A stretch of DNA of 64,000 nucleotides from assembly GCA_910584165.1 (NCBI GenBank), contig CAJTZU010000002.1:9595-73594 (forward strand). The letters run 5' to 3'. The stretch is from an uncultured Bacilli bacterium (GTDB lineage: Bacteria; Bacillota_I; Bacilli_A; RF39; UBA660). Positions 1 to 10,341 of the stretch are shown one piece after another. The position numbers were made by a program, and so were the translations under genes. The notes below the pieces were generated by a model. The model saw only the letters and a list, made by a program, of their open reading frames with translations. It made no database searches and had not been told where the DNA came from. Positions within the stretch are counted from its first letter, which is position 1. Every line of letters begins with the position of its first letter.

Positions 1-17
1 ATCCTCAAAGGGATTTT

Positions 18-1400
18 TTATTCCATATTTCGTAATGTTTCTTTTAACCAAGATAATACTCTTTCCATAGACTCTATTTCTACTTTTTCATTTACAGAAT
101 GAATATCATATAAATTAACACCAAGTACACAAATATCTAAATCTTTAATTTCTCGGGCAAAAACTCCTCCTTCAAGGCCAGCATGAACGTCTTCTAAAGT
201 AATATTTTTAGAAAACATACTCTGATAAACATCTACTAGTAATTGACGTAAGGGAGAATCCTCTCTAAAAGTAAAAAATGGTTTTTTATCTTCTAATACA
301 TAATCTAACTGATATTGTTTAGCGATTCTTTCAGCGCGACTTACATAAAAATCTTCAAATCCTACAATACTGCTTCGAATACTTATTTCTACAATAATTT
401 TATTATCCTTATAAGAAATAACACCTAAATTACTAGAAGTTAATGGGAAATAAACATCATTTCTTTTTAAAACTCCATTTTCAATCGTATTTAGAAATTT
501 AATAAGATTCCTACTTTTATTATTCTCCATGGAAAATTCTCTTTTCTTAATTCTTCGAAAATCCATTTTAATAGTAGGATATTCCTCTTGGTAAAAGGTT
601 TTAAAGAAATGAAAGTCTCCACTAAAGTCTAAGTTTGTATTAAAAATACATTTTGCTTCGCTTGGAATAACATTTTCTTTTGTTCCACCTTCTATAGAAA
701 CAATCTCAATGTCTTCTATATCTTTTAACATATTAGCTAAAATCTTAATAGAATTACCACGATTACAATCTATATCCACACCGGAATGTCCTCCCAAAAG
801 TCCACTAATCGAAAGTTGATAAGTATTTTTATTACTAACAATAGGTTCCAAAGGAGTACTTACTTTAATACTAGCCATTCCTGCACAAGAGACTTCTATT
901 TTCCCTTCTTCAGTACCATCTAAACTAATTAAACGCTTTCCTTTTAATTTTTTATAATCTAAATATTTTGCTCCATTCATAGTAGTTTCTTCTTCTGTTG
1001 TAAAAACTGCTTCAATTGGAGGATGCTCCAATGAATTATCGCTTAATAACGCTAAAATGATTGCCATTCCTGCTCCATTGTCAGCTCCTAAACTACTATT
1101 TTTAGCCTTATAATATCCCTTTTCTTGATACCACTCTATCCCATTCTTTAAAAAGTCATATGGAGCATTACTTGTACATACCATATCTGTATGTGCCTGT
1201 AGAATAACTGGCTCACACTGATAAGGGAGTGTCCCCTTCTTTTTTATAATAACATTAGAATGCTCATCTACATCATATTCTAACCCTTGTAACTGCGCAA
1301 AATGGACTAAAAATCCTGCAATTTTATCTTCATGCCCTGAAGGTCTAGGAATTTCTAAAATTTGTTCAAAATAATAACTTGCACTATTTTTCTTTTTCAT
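18..1400 (-). CDS. pepD: aminoacyl-histidine (Xaa-His) dipeptidase PepD, M20C family
   Basis: N-terminus EIPRPSGHEDK, HTDMV, GADNG(A)GMA metal-ligand motifs, ~460 aa, collinear with E. coli PepD. Confidence 0.8.
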   Translation of the reverse strand: MKKKNSASYYFEQILEIPRPSGHEDKIAGFLVHFAQLQGLEYDVDEHSNVIIKKKGTLPYQCEPVILQAHTDMVCTSNAPYDFLKNGIEWYQEKGYYKAKNSSLGADNGAGMAIILALLSDNSLEHPPIEAVFTTEEETTMNGAKYLDYKKLKGKRLISLDGTEEGKIEVSCAGMASIKVSTPLEPIVSNKNTYQLSISGLLGGHSGVDIDCNRGNSIKILANMLKDIEDIEIVSIEGGTKENVIPSEAKCIFNTNLDFSGDFHFFKTFYQEEYPTIKMDFRRIKKREFSMENNKSRNLIKFLNTIENGVLKRNDVYFPLTSSNLGVISYKDNKIIVEISIRSSIVGFEDFYVSRAERIAKQYQLDYVLEDKKPFFTFREDSPLRQLLVDVYQSMFSKNITLEDVHAGLEGGVFAREIKDLDICVLGVNLYDIHSVNEKVEIESMERVLSWLKETLRNME

Positions 1401-1492
1401 ACTATCACCTATTATTAATCATACCATTTTTTATGAAAAAAATCACGAAATTAAAATCTACTAAAAAAGACAAATATAGTTTGCCTTTATCA

Positions 1493-2017
1493 CTAAAAAG
1501 TTTTTTGAGGTTCTACTGCTTTTGGAAAATAACTTTCTAATAGTGTTGGATCTGTCGCCATAATTCTAGTAACAAAATTAGAAAAACGCTCTAAATCGGC
1601 CTCATCAATTCTATTATGTCTAATAAAATCTTTAGGAATTAAAGTTCTAGCTCTAATAGGAAGCGCTATATGGCCATTTAAATCAACAGAATCTCCACTA
1701 TGCCATGGAATATCATCTATATAAGGTTCTGTTACATAAGAACCATTTTCCATATTAAATAATTGAAATTGTCTTTTATGAACAAGTTCATAATAAGTAA
1801 ATGGGCTCTTATCTTTTACTTCTTCCCACGTTTCAAAAGGAATAGAACTTTCTCTTACAAATTGAAACGTATAATCATCAGAAAACAATCCATAAATTTC
1901 ATCAATATTATATAATTTTCTAGTCAAAAATGACTTTAACGTAAATTTTCTCTTTTTACAACTTAATAATTTTTCATTAATACTATTAATAAAAAATCTT
2001 GATGTTTGTGCACTCAT
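1493..2017 (-). CDS. hypothetical protein
   Basis: ORF only; no recognisable motifs. Confidence 0.4.
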   Translation of the reverse strand: MSAQTSRFFINSINEKLLSCKKRKFTLKSFLTRKLYNIDEIYGLFSDDYTFQFVRESSIPFETWEEVKDKSPFTYYELVHKRQFQLFNMENGSYVTEPYIDDIPWHSGDSVDLNGHIALPIRARTLIPKDFIRHNRIDEADLERFSNFVTRIMATDPTLLESYFPKAVEPQKTF

Positions 2018-2096
2018 ACAAATACCTTCTCTCTAGTCTCTATTACCATTCTTTAGTGATATATGATACCATAAAGATAGTTGTAAAGTCAAGGAA

Positions 2097-2131
2097 TAAA
2101 AAAAGATAGAAGTAATTTCTATCTATTTTGC
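2097..2131. terminator. bidirectional terminator downstream of 2214..3131
   Basis: agatagaa-gtaat-ttctatct hairpin flanked by A7 and T-rich run. Confidence 0.5.
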
Positions 2132-2213
2132 TTTATGAGAGTCTGATAATATTTCTTGACCCTCTTGATAGTAATATTTTAAATTTTCATTTTGCTCTGC
2201 TAATATCCTTAAG

Positions 2214-3131
2214 TTATTTTGGTTTCGCCTGACTTTGTATTAATTTACTTATCTCACTAAATTTCTTTTGTTTAAATTCTTCATATTCTTGTAATTTATG
2301 TTGAGCACGTTCTTGCTTCTCTTCTCTAGAAAAAACAATTTTATCATTGATAAAGCATCCATCTAAATCTCCACTAGCTAATATAGTTCTAAGATTATCT
2401 TGTACTTGCTTATTTTGAAAAGCGCTTCCATCTAAAATAAGACTAATTCTTGTACCTGCTAAATTGCATCCTAATCCAATTAGTGAGCCTCCTGTAGTTA
2501 CAATATCAATTAATTTAATAGTAATTCCTTCTAAATTATTTCCCGTTAAATCTGTATAGGTAAAGATTGGGCTTTGAATATTTCCCAAAGAAGAAGGAAG
2601 CACTAAATTGGTATGCGAAAAATTACTTTTTTTAATCTTCCTAAAATAAGATGTATCTATAGTTGATAAATCTACATAAGAGAAATCACAATTTGAAATG
2701 TAAACACCAAATTCCTGTTCTAATAACTTTCTAGCTTTCATTTCCCAGGAAATATTAAAGTCCAAACTAATATTTGTCTTACTATAATCTACTCTTTTTT
2801 TAGGTTTATCACCATATTCAATTAAAAAGCTTTTCCAACACTCTTCATCAAAAGCTTCTTCCCCTAATGTAGAATCCTTCGTATCTTCTAAAAGTGACCA
2901 AGAGACATCTTCAAAAGACACACTACCTAAATCCAGCTTTCTAAGAAAAGAACCTGACCATATAGGTAATTTTACAAATAAATCAGGATTTCTTCTATAA
3001 GCTATTTTTTCAAATAGTAAAAGTTCTAAAATGTCATTCTCTAATTTTATTCTAGTTCCTTCTGGAATATTCTTTAATTCTTTTTCTACTAGTAATCTTA
3101 ATTCTTCTCGCCCTTTTTTATTTAACTGCAT
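2214..3131 (-). CDS. hypothetical protein, C-terminal repeat region (pentapeptide/beta-solenoid-like)
   Basis: ORF; repetitive TNLVLPSSLGN...TDLTGNNLEG...GCNLAGTRISL segment. Confidence 0.4.
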   Translation of the reverse strand: MQLNKKGREELRLLVEKELKNIPEGTRIKLENDILELLLFEKIAYRRNPDLFVKLPIWSGSFLRKLDLGSVSFEDVSWSLLEDTKDSTLGEEAFDEECWKSFLIEYGDKPKKRVDYSKTNISLDFNISWEMKARKLLEQEFGVYISNCDFSYVDLSTIDTSYFRKIKKSNFSHTNLVLPSSLGNIQSPIFTYTDLTGNNLEGITIKLIDIVTTGGSLIGLGCNLAGTRISLILDGSAFQNKQVQDNLRTILASGDLDGCFINDKIVFSREEKQERAQHKLQEYEEFKQKKFSEISKLIQSQAKPK

Positions 3132-3225
3132 AGTTATCCTCCGACCGAAATATTATAACATATATTTTTAGAATTGCAATTTACTTTGTTCTCGTATAAA
3201 ATTCCTTGTTTTTCCAATACTAAAA

Positions 3226-4659
3226 ATGGTGATGTATATGCAAAATAAAGAGCGTATTAAAACAATCAAAGAAAAATTGGGAAATAGTTCAGATATTGTT
3301 GTTAGAGAAGTCAATGAAACCTTAACTTATCTTTATTTAGAAAGTGTTAGTAGTGATGACAAAATTAGTAACTTTCTTTTAAAAAGCATCGTATCTTACA
3401 AAAAAGTAGAAGACATTTTAAAATTATTACAGGAAAATATTTTTAATAGTCATATTGAGAAATTAGATAAATTGGAAGACTGTTATTATTATCTTGCTTC
3501 TGGATATACTTGCTTATTCATTAATAATAAAAATAGTTATATTGTAATTGAAACCAAAGCAGATTTAAATAGAAGTATTGCAGAATCTACTTCTGAACCG
3601 TTAATTAGAGGACCTAAAGATAGTTTTACAGAAAATAATGCCTCTAATCTAGGACTTATTAGAAAACGTATTAAAGACCCAAATTTACGCATTGATGAAT
3701 TAAAAATTGGAACAAGAACAAGCAGCAAAGTTTCTATTATCTATATCAACGATATTGCAGAAGAAAAAAATGTAAACACCATTAAAGAAGCCCTAAATAA
3801 GATTGATATTGATGCTGTACTAGATACAGGATATATTAGAGATTATTTAGAAACCAAGCAGAAATCTTTATTTCCAAAAATGATTAGTACAGAGCGTCCT
3901 GATTTATGCTGTCAAAGTATTTTAAATGGTAAAATAACCATTTTAGTAGAAAATAGTCCATATGCTTTAATAATGCCAGCTATTCTAACCGACTTTTTTA
4001 AAAACCCCGAAGATTATTATTTAAAATTTACTAGTAGTACTTTTAGTAGAATCATTAAATTTATTGCTTTTCTAATTACTATTTTAACACCTGCTCTTTA
4101 TATTGCACTTATGACATTTAATCAGGAGATGATTCCTGACCAACTTATTATTTCTTTAGCTACCCAAAGAAGCCAAGTACCTTTTCCTACCTTCATGGAG
4201 GTCATTATTTTTGTCATCATATTTGAAATTTTAAGAGAAGCAGACATGAAGGCCCCCAGCATGAGTGGTGCCAGTATGAGTATTGTAGGAGCACTCATTT
4301 TAGGAGATGCTGCAGTTGCGGCTAATATTGTTTCACCATTCGTTATTATCGTAGTTGCCATTACTTCAATCTGTGAATTAGTATTTACGGATATGGATTT
4401 TATTAACGCTATTAGACACTGGCGATTATTATTCATTTTCTCAACAATTTTTACAGGAATTGTTGGAATTGTAGTAGCTGGATTAATTTTAATTATCAAA
4501 CTGGCTAGTTTGGAACCTTTAAATACTCCTTATTTAATTCCTTTCAGTCCATTTAATCTATCTGGCATGAAAGATAATATCATTCTATTTCCACCTAATA
4601 AAAGATTTAAAAGACCAAATTATCTTACTAAAAATGAAAAGAGAGGTAATAAAATATGA
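3226..4659 (+). CDS. spore germination protein, GerA/GerKA family (receptor A subunit)
   Basis: GerA-family conserved core (IRGPKDSFTEN...NLG, IIYINDIA, multiple C-terminal TM helices); start overlaps next gene. Confidence 0.8.
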   Translation: MVMYMQNKERIKTIKEKLGNSSDIVVREVNETLTYLYLESVSSDDKISNFLLKSIVSYKKVEDILKLLQENIFNSHIEKLDKLEDCYYYLASGYTCLFINNKNSYIVIETKADLNRSIAESTSEPLIRGPKDSFTENNASNLGLIRKRIKDPNLRIDELKIGTRTSSKVSIIYINDIAEEKNVNTIKEALNKIDIDAVLDTGYIRDYLETKQKSLFPKMISTERPDLCCQSILNGKITILVENSPYALIMPAILTDFFKNPEDYYLKFTSSTFSRIIKFIAFLITILTPALYIALMTFNQEMIPDQLIISLATQRSQVPFPTFMEVIIFVIIFEILREADMKAPSMSGASMSIVGALILGDAAVAANIVSPFVIIVVAITSICELVFTDMDFINAIRHWRLLFIFSTIFTGIVGIVVAGLILIIKLASLEPLNTPYLIPFSPFNLSGMKDNIILFPPNKRFKRPNYLTKNEKRGNKI

Positions 4660-5801
4660 AAAAACTATTATTATTTTGTTTATTCTTTCTACTCACTGGT
4701 TGTTGGAACTATCAAGAATTAAATGAATATGCTATTGTTACAGGAATGGCAGTAGATTATAAAGATGATAAGTATGAGGTTTCTTTCTTAATTGCAAACG
4801 GCAATAAAAGTGAACAAGAGCAAACAAAAACAAGTTTAATTTCAGGAGAAGGAGAAACTATTTACAATGCTATTAAAGATATCAGTTTAGCAAGCCCTAA
4901 AGAATTATACGTCAGTCACCTATCAGTAGTTATTATTTCTGAAGAAATTGCTAAAAATGGAATTTCTAATTTGTTAGATTATTTATTAAGAGAACCTCAG
5001 GCCCATCAGAACTTTTATTTACTAATCTCTAAAGATACAGAGGCATCTAATATCTTATCTATTCTTTCTCCATTATCAGATTATCCCTCACAAAATATTG
5101 CCTCAAATATTTCTAATACTGCAAAACTTCAAGGGAAAATAAGTGATGCTAGTTTCAATTTATTTATGGAAAAATATTTAAGTACAGGATTCGAACCTGT
5201 TATGAATAGTATTACAATAATAGGAAATGTAAAGGAAGGTCAATCTTCTGATAGCAAAGATAAGACCAAGCAAGATGCCTATACTAAATTAGATTCTCTA
5301 GCCATTTTTCAAAAAGATAAATTTGTTACTTGGGCTACACAGGAAGAAAGTATTGGAATTGATTTAATATTAGGAGAAATTAATAATTTTTATCTAAATG
5401 TTCCTTGTGAAAATAGTTTTGCTGTAACACTTTCTAATGATTATAAAGTAAAATATACAATTGAAAAAAATAAAATAAAAGTGTCTGCAGAAGCAGAAGG
5501 AACATTAAGAGAGGTAGATTGTAAAATTGATTTAGAAAAAGAAGAAGACATTAAACAATTGGAAAAATCTGCTGAAGATATCATGAGAAAATACATGGTA
5601 GATGCTATTCAATTAGCAAAAAATAATAAAACTGATGTTTTTGGTTTTGGAGCCAAATATTATAAAAAATATCCTTATGATTACCATCGTATTCAAAATT
5701 GGAACGATTATTTTGTAACACTGCCTATTGAAGTAGAAGCAAAATTTCAATATACTAGGAAAGGCTCATTAGAACAAAGTCTAGAAAGAGAGGAACAATG
5801 A
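4656..5801 (+). CDS. spore germination lipoprotein, Ger(x)C family
   Basis: Lipobox LLTGCW followed by NYQELNEYAIVTGMAVDY, typical GerAC N-terminus; 4-bp overlap with both neighbours. Confidence 0.8.
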   Translation: MKKLLLFCLFFLLTGCWNYQELNEYAIVTGMAVDYKDDKYEVSFLIANGNKSEQEQTKTSLISGEGETIYNAIKDISLASPKELYVSHLSVVIISEEIAKNGISNLLDYLLREPQAHQNFYLLISKDTEASNILSILSPLSDYPSQNIASNISNTAKLQGKISDASFNLFMEKYLSTGFEPVMNSITIIGNVKEGQSSDSKDKTKQDAYTKLDSLAIFQKDKFVTWATQEESIGIDLILGEINNFYLNVPCENSFAVTLSNDYKVKYTIEKNKIKVSAEAEGTLREVDCKIDLEKEEDIKQLEKSAEDIMRKYMVDAIQLAKNNKTDVFGFGAKYYKKYPYDYHRIQNWNDYFVTLPIEVEAKFQYTRKGSLEQSLEREEQ

Positions 5802-6868
5802 ATAAAAAATTAGCTTATACTACTATCAGTTATTTTTTATGTCGTACTCTTTTTATTGGAATAACATTTTCAATTCTAATAAAAGAAGCAAAGCAAGATT
5901 CTTGGATTTCTGTATTACTAGCTTTTATTCTTGGTTTCATACCTATATTTCTTATACAATATATAGCTTCTTATAAACCTACTCTATCCTTAAAAGACAA
6001 GTATCAAGAATTATTTCCTTATACAAATAAACTTCTTATTCTATTTACGGTTATTGGTATATTTCTACTAACCACACTATCTTTTTGGAATCTATGTAAT
6101 TTAATTACAAGCCAATTTTTAAATAAAACACCTAAAATTGTGGTAGGAATATCTTTTCTAATTCCTATATTACTAATTCTTAGTAAAAACGAAAAAGTAA
6201 TTCCCCGCGTTTCTACTATTCTTTTTTATCTAAGTTTTTTCCTTTTCATAATTAGTTTTTGCGGATTAGTATTTCAATTCGAACTAGATAACTTTACACC
6301 TTCGATGCTTTATTTTCCAATTAAACCAATTATTGCTTATATAGGTTTTCAAATTTTTCCAATCTTTTTAATTTTATTTTTCCCAAATAGTGAAATTCAA
6401 AATAGTATAAAAAAAGGATATATTCTATCCTCTATTATTCTTTTTATACAAATTTTACTAATAATAGGAGTGCTTGGAGTAGAACTAGCTACCATCTATC
6501 AATACCCAGAATTTCATATTTTAAAAAGAGCTTATCAAGGGGTATTGACCTATCGATTAGAAAATGCTTTGTCTATTCAATGGATATTTGATATTTTTAT
6601 CTATTGTGTCGTTAGTTTAAAAGGATGCAACCAACTACTTCATTTTGAAAAAGGAATTAAAATGTCCTTTCTTCCAATTGGCATGACTTTTTTGTCTGCT
6701 CATCTTTTTAAAGATAATATTATTGCAAATACATTAATTAACAAATATTTATATTATTTAGTGCCACTTTTCTTCACAATTATTATTCTTCTCTTAGTAT
6801 TTAAAATTTTTATGAAAAAAAGGAGTAAAACTCCTATTTATTCAAAAGTTGAAAACAAAGAAAAATAA
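5798..6868 (+). CDS. spore germination protein, GerAB family (APC-superfamily membrane subunit)
   Basis: ~10 TM helices, position in gerA operon (A-C-B order). Confidence 0.75.
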   Translation: MNKKLAYTTISYFLCRTLFIGITFSILIKEAKQDSWISVLLAFILGFIPIFLIQYIASYKPTLSLKDKYQELFPYTNKLLILFTVIGIFLLTTLSFWNLCNLITSQFLNKTPKIVVGISFLIPILLILSKNEKVIPRVSTILFYLSFFLFIISFCGLVFQFELDNFTPSMLYFPIKPIIAYIGFQIFPIFLILFFPNSEIQNSIKKGYILSSIILFIQILLIIGVLGVELATIYQYPEFHILKRAYQGVLTYRLENALSIQWIFDIFIYCVVSLKGCNQLLHFEKGIKMSFLPIGMTFLSAHLFKDNIIANTLINKYLYYLVPLFFTIIILLLVFKIFMKKRSKTPIYSKVENKEK

Positions 6869-7649
6869 CAATTATGATAACTATTACAATAATGCTAACA
6901 ATTAATATTTTTAATAGTCCATTATGTTTTTTTATATCTTCTCCTAAACTTTTTAAATCTTCAAAATCACTATCTGTAAAGCCTAAACTAGAAGTATAGA
7001 AAGATTTATCAATATTTTCTAATTCAGATGAAACATTTTCTTCTTTCGCATTTTCTTCTAATTCCTTCTGTTCTTCACGTGCTTCTTCAATTAATTTCTT
7101 AATAGAAGCAGATTCTTCTAAATTATTATCTGATTTTAAATTATCTAATAAACCTAAATCATCATCTAATGTTGCTTTCTTACTAGTACGTGTCTTGCTT
7201 CCAACATTAGTGTGCAAGGTAACTGTACTAACTAATTCTTTCTTAACGTCATCATCCTCTGATGATTTTAAATTTAATCTTTTAATAACATCATAATTCA
7301 CGTTTTTTAAAGTACGATACTTTTCGTCTGGCTCTACTCTGGTCTCTTTTGCTTTACTTAATACATCTCGAATATCATAAGTTCTATCCTCTGTATCTTC
7401 TATCAATTCTCGGCTTTCTTCTACTTCTTCTTTTGGAACAATTTCTTGATATTGCTTATTTTTTTGATACCCTTCTCTATTTTGAATCATCCTTTTTACT
7501 TTTGTAATATCTATTTCATTTGTTTTATCAATAGCAATAACGCCCTCAATATTAGAATAATTATCTAGGTTTTCAATACTCTTATAAAGATTCTTATTTC
7601 TAGAACTTCTTCCCTCACTATTATGATAGCGTTCCATTCTACTTGCCAT
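6834..7649 (-). CDS. hypothetical acidic protein with C-terminal transmembrane anchor
   Basis: ORF; highly charged (E/D/K-rich) with single C-terminal TM (LLKILIVSIIVIVIIIVIFL); 3-prime end overlaps gerAB convergently by ~35 bp. Confidence 0.5.
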   Translation of the reverse strand: MASRMERYHNSEGRSSRNKNLYKSIENLDNYSNIEGVIAIDKTNEIDITKVKRMIQNREGYQKNKQYQEIVPKEEVEESRELIEDTEDRTYDIRDVLSKAKETRVEPDEKYRTLKNVNYDVIKRLNLKSSEDDDVKKELVSTVTLHTNVGSKTRTSKKATLDDDLGLLDNLKSDNNLEESASIKKLIEEAREEQKELEENAKEENVSSELENIDKSFYTSSLGFTDSDFEDLKSLGEDIKKHNGLLKILIVSIIVIVIIIVIFLCFQLLNK

Positions 7650-7702
7650 AGTATCACCTAGTATTCATTATATCATAAAAAGCACTTTTTTAAATAATTT
7701 GG

Positions 7703-7731
7703 TTGCATTTTTCGAAACTTTTCTTTATAAT
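7703..7731 (+). promoter_or_regulatory. sigma-A-type promoter TTGCAT-17-TATAAT upstream of ferredoxin
   Basis: Consensus-like -35/-10 with 17-nt spacer, followed by AAAGGAGG RBS and ATG at 7752. Confidence 0.55.
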
Positions 7732-7751
7732 TTTTAAAGGAGGTATAATTT

Positions 7752-7967
7752 ATGAAAGTAAAAGTAAATCCAGATGTTTGTATCGGATGTGGTGCTTGTC
7801 AATCTATCGCTCCTGAAGTATTTGAAATCAATGATGACGGTATTGCTCAAGAACTTATGGAAGATGTAAAAGAAGAATTAGTAGAAGAAGCATCAGATGC
7901 AAAAGAAGGATGCCCAGTAAATGCCATTTATGAGCCAGATGAAGAAGTAGATGAAATGGCTGCTTAA
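7752..7967 (+). CDS. fer: ferredoxin (single 4Fe-4S cluster)
   Basis: CIGCGAC...CP motif, 71 aa, acidic C-terminus. Confidence 0.85.
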   Translation: MKVKVNPDVCIGCGACQSIAPEVFEINDDGIAQELMEDVKEELVEEASDAKEGCPVNAIYEPDEEVDEMAA

Positions 7968-7993
7968 CAATATCAAAAGATATTGTTTTTTTA
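7968..7993 (+). terminator. rho-independent terminator after ferredoxin
   Basis: caatatc-aaaa-gatattg hairpin followed by T-run. Confidence 0.6.
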
Positions 7994-8004
7994 TTATTTT
8001 AACA

Positions 8005-8033
8005 TAAATAAAAAGAGTTGTTTAATACAACCC
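8005..8033 (-). terminator. rho-independent terminator after rluB
   Basis: gggttgt-attaa-acaactc hairpin (minus strand) followed by TTTTTATTT. Confidence 0.5.
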
Positions 8034-8035
8034 TT

Positions 8036-8755
8036 TTATTTTTGAACCTCACTATAAAGAGTTTTTACCTCTTTTACACTTAATAACCTATATTCTCCTG
8101 ATTTTAACCCTGTTGTTGTTAAAAAACTAAATCTTTCCCTTTTTAATTTTAAAACTTCATAGCCAACTGCTTCAAACATCTTTTTTACTTGGTGATTTCT
8201 TCCCTCATAAATAGTAAGTTGAATTAAAGTAGTGTTTGCCTTTTTATCCTTTTTTTTCACTTTTGCCTTTGCTTTACTTGTTCTTTTACCATCAATAATA
8301 ATGCCCTTACAAAGCTTTTCAATATCTTGTTTCATGACAAGACCTTTTACTTTCGCAATGTATGTTTTTTCCACATGATTGCTTGGATGAATCAATAAAT
8401 TTGTCAATTCGCCATCATTGGTAAGCAGCAAAACTCCTGTTGTATCATAATCCAATCTTCCTACAGGATATACTCTTTTATCATCAGGAATTAAGTCTAA
8501 AACTGTTTTTCTCCCCTTTTCATCTTTTGCACTAGTAATTACTCCACGTGGTTTATTTAAAAGATAATAAATCTTTTCTTCTTTTTGATTTAACGTTTTT
8601 CCATTTACTACAATAGTATCAGTATAGTTTACCTTTGTTCCTAATTCTGTTACTAGTTCTCCATTTACTTTTACTTTTCCCATAGAAATTAATTCTTCTG
8701 CTTTTCTTCTAGAACAATATCCTGATTGGGCAATCACTTTTTGTAATCTTTCCAT
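8036..8755 (-). CDS. rluB: pseudouridine synthase, RsuA/RluB family (S4 domain + catalytic domain)
   Basis: N-terminal S4 (RLQKVIAQSGYCSRRKAEELI), catalytic GRLDYDTTGVLLLTNDG motif. Confidence 0.8.
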   Translation of the reverse strand: MERLQKVIAQSGYCSRRKAEELISMGKVKVNGELVTELGTKVNYTDTIVVNGKTLNQKEEKIYYLLNKPRGVITSAKDEKGRKTVLDLIPDDKRVYPVGRLDYDTTGVLLLTNDGELTNLLIHPSNHVEKTYIAKVKGLVMKQDIEKLCKGIIIDGKRTSKAKAKVKKKDKKANTTLIQLTIYEGRNHQVKKMFEAVGYEVLKLKRERFSFLTTTGLKSGEYRLLSVKEVKTLYSEVQK

Positions 8756-8781
8756 AATTCACCTACTCTAAAAAAAGGATA

Positions 8782-9252
8782 CTACTTACAAGTATATCCT
8801 TCTTCTGTCATCACTTGTTTTAATTCTTCCTTCTTCATATTCATACTATAAAGTTCTTTATTTTCTTCGCTCAAAGCTGCCGCTAAAATATCAACCGTAA
8901 GAGTTACTTTATTCCCTTTTGTAGAAACAACTGCTTCGATTCCATCTACTTTATTATAGTTTTCAGCAGAACTTCTAGCTGCATTTTCCCTTTCTGCTAT
9001 AATCGTATCATTATTATAATCGCCTAATAAAGTCGCTGTAGATTTCATAGTGGCCTTTTTCACTTTACCTTGATTATAAATAAAAGTATATTTTACTTCA
9101 ATTTTATAATTTTCATCTTCATCTTGTGCACTACACACTAATCTATTTTCCCCACAACCTGTTAATAAAAATAAACTAAGAAGCACTAATAATATATTTT
9201 TTTTCATAGGAACCTCCTGTGTCATTATAACAAATATCCCCTCAAAATTCAA
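8782..9252 (-). CDS. lipoprotein, hypothetical
   Basis: Signal peptide + lipobox LLTGC; overlaps spmB stop, so in dacB-spmAB operon. Confidence 0.5.
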   Translation of the reverse strand: MNFEGIFVIMTQEVPMKKNILLVLLSLFLLTGCGENRLVCSAQDEDENYKIEVKYTFIYNQGKVKKATMKSTATLLGDYNNDTIIAERENAARSSAENYNKVDGIEAVVSTKGNKVTLTVDILAAALSEENKELYSMNMKKEELKQVMTEEGYTCK

Positions 9253-9779
9253 CTAAAGAGAAAATGGCAAACAAGAATACTTGCAGTAATTCCTACCACA
9301 TCGGCTAGTAAACTAGCCTTTAAGGCATATCTTGTATTTTTAATACCAATACTCCCATAATAAAGCGCAATAACATATAAAGTTGTATCTGTACAACCTT
9401 GGATTGTAGAGCCTAATAAACTATAAAAATGGTCTACTCCATATTTTGTATAAATAGTATTTAAAAGCGCTAAAGTTGCATTGCCACTAATAGGTCGCAT
9501 AAAGGCTAATGATATAACCTCAATAGGTATTTTTAAAAATGGCAATACTAACTCTATTAGAAATTCTAAAATACCACTATCTATTAAGAGATTAACACTT
9601 ACAATCATAGCAAGCAAGTTTGGAAATATCGTATAAGCCATTTTAAAACTTTCTTTGCTACCTTCTAAAAATACATCATATAAATCTACTTTTTTAATAA
9701 TTCCATATATTACAATTCCTAATACCATTAAAGGCAAGATATAATTACTCATGATACCTCCTTGCAAATAAATAATCAA
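9249..9779 (-). CDS. spmB: spore maturation protein B
   Basis: Nucleoside-recognition-domain membrane protein immediately downstream of spmA/dacB. Confidence 0.7.
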   Translation of the reverse strand: MIIYLQGGIMSNYILPLMVLGIVIYGIIKKVDLYDVFLEGSKESFKMAYTIFPNLLAMIVSVNLLIDSGILEFLIELVLPFLKIPIEVISLAFMRPISGNATLALLNTIYTKYGVDHFYSLLGSTIQGCTDTTLYVIALYYGSIGIKNTRYALKASLLADVVGITASILVCHFLFS

Positions 9780-10341
9780 AAATTAAACCTGCTATCGTAG
9801 CAAGAGAAGTAGCTATTAAAGTTGACATAACTGTCATAGTAGGGCTCGCACTTCCATATAAAATACGTAAAGCAATAATAGTTGTTGGAACAATCGTAAC
9901 ACCACTAGTATTTATAGTTGTGAAAGTTATCATACTCCGACTTGCCTTTTTTTTGTCTTTATTTAATTCCTGTAAACTACTCATCGCTTTTAATCCAAAG
10001 GGCGTTGCAGCATTTCCTAAACCAAACAAATTGGCAATGATATTACTGGCGATATAACTTAAAGAAATATGATTTTTAGGAATTTCAGGAAATAAAGGCC
10101 CCAATATTTTAGTAAGAGATTTTGACAAACGGTCTAATAAACCACTTGCTGTTGCGATATTAGCAATTCCTAACCATAAAGCAATAACTGGAAAGATTTG
10201 TAATAATAATTCTAAACTAGAAGTAGTACTAGTTAAAATAGTCTCATTTATTTTTAATGTATTTCCTGAGAAAAGACTAAACACAATTCCTATTATAATA
10301 AAATAACCCCAAATTTTATTTACCATAAACTTTTCAACCAT
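9745..10341 (-). CDS. spmA: spore maturation protein A
   Basis: Membrane protein paired with SpmB downstream of dacB (conserved Bacillus/Clostridium operon). Confidence 0.7.
   Translation of the reverse strand: MVEKFMVNKIWGYFIIIGIVFSLFSGNTLKINETILTSTTSSLELLLQIFPVIALWLGIANIATASGLLDRLSKSLTKILGPLFPEIPKNHISLSYIASNIIANLFGLGNAATPFGLKAMSSLQELNKDKKKASRSMITFTTINTSGVTIVPTTIIALRILYGSASPTMTVMSTLIATSLATIAGLIFDYLFARRYHE

Noticed and set aside
3132-3225. Forespore (SigG/SigF) promoter upstream of the gerA operon
   Set aside because: Only weak resemblance (agaatt ... gtataaa) to GnATA-17/18-CATAnTA consensus; cannot be supported by eye.
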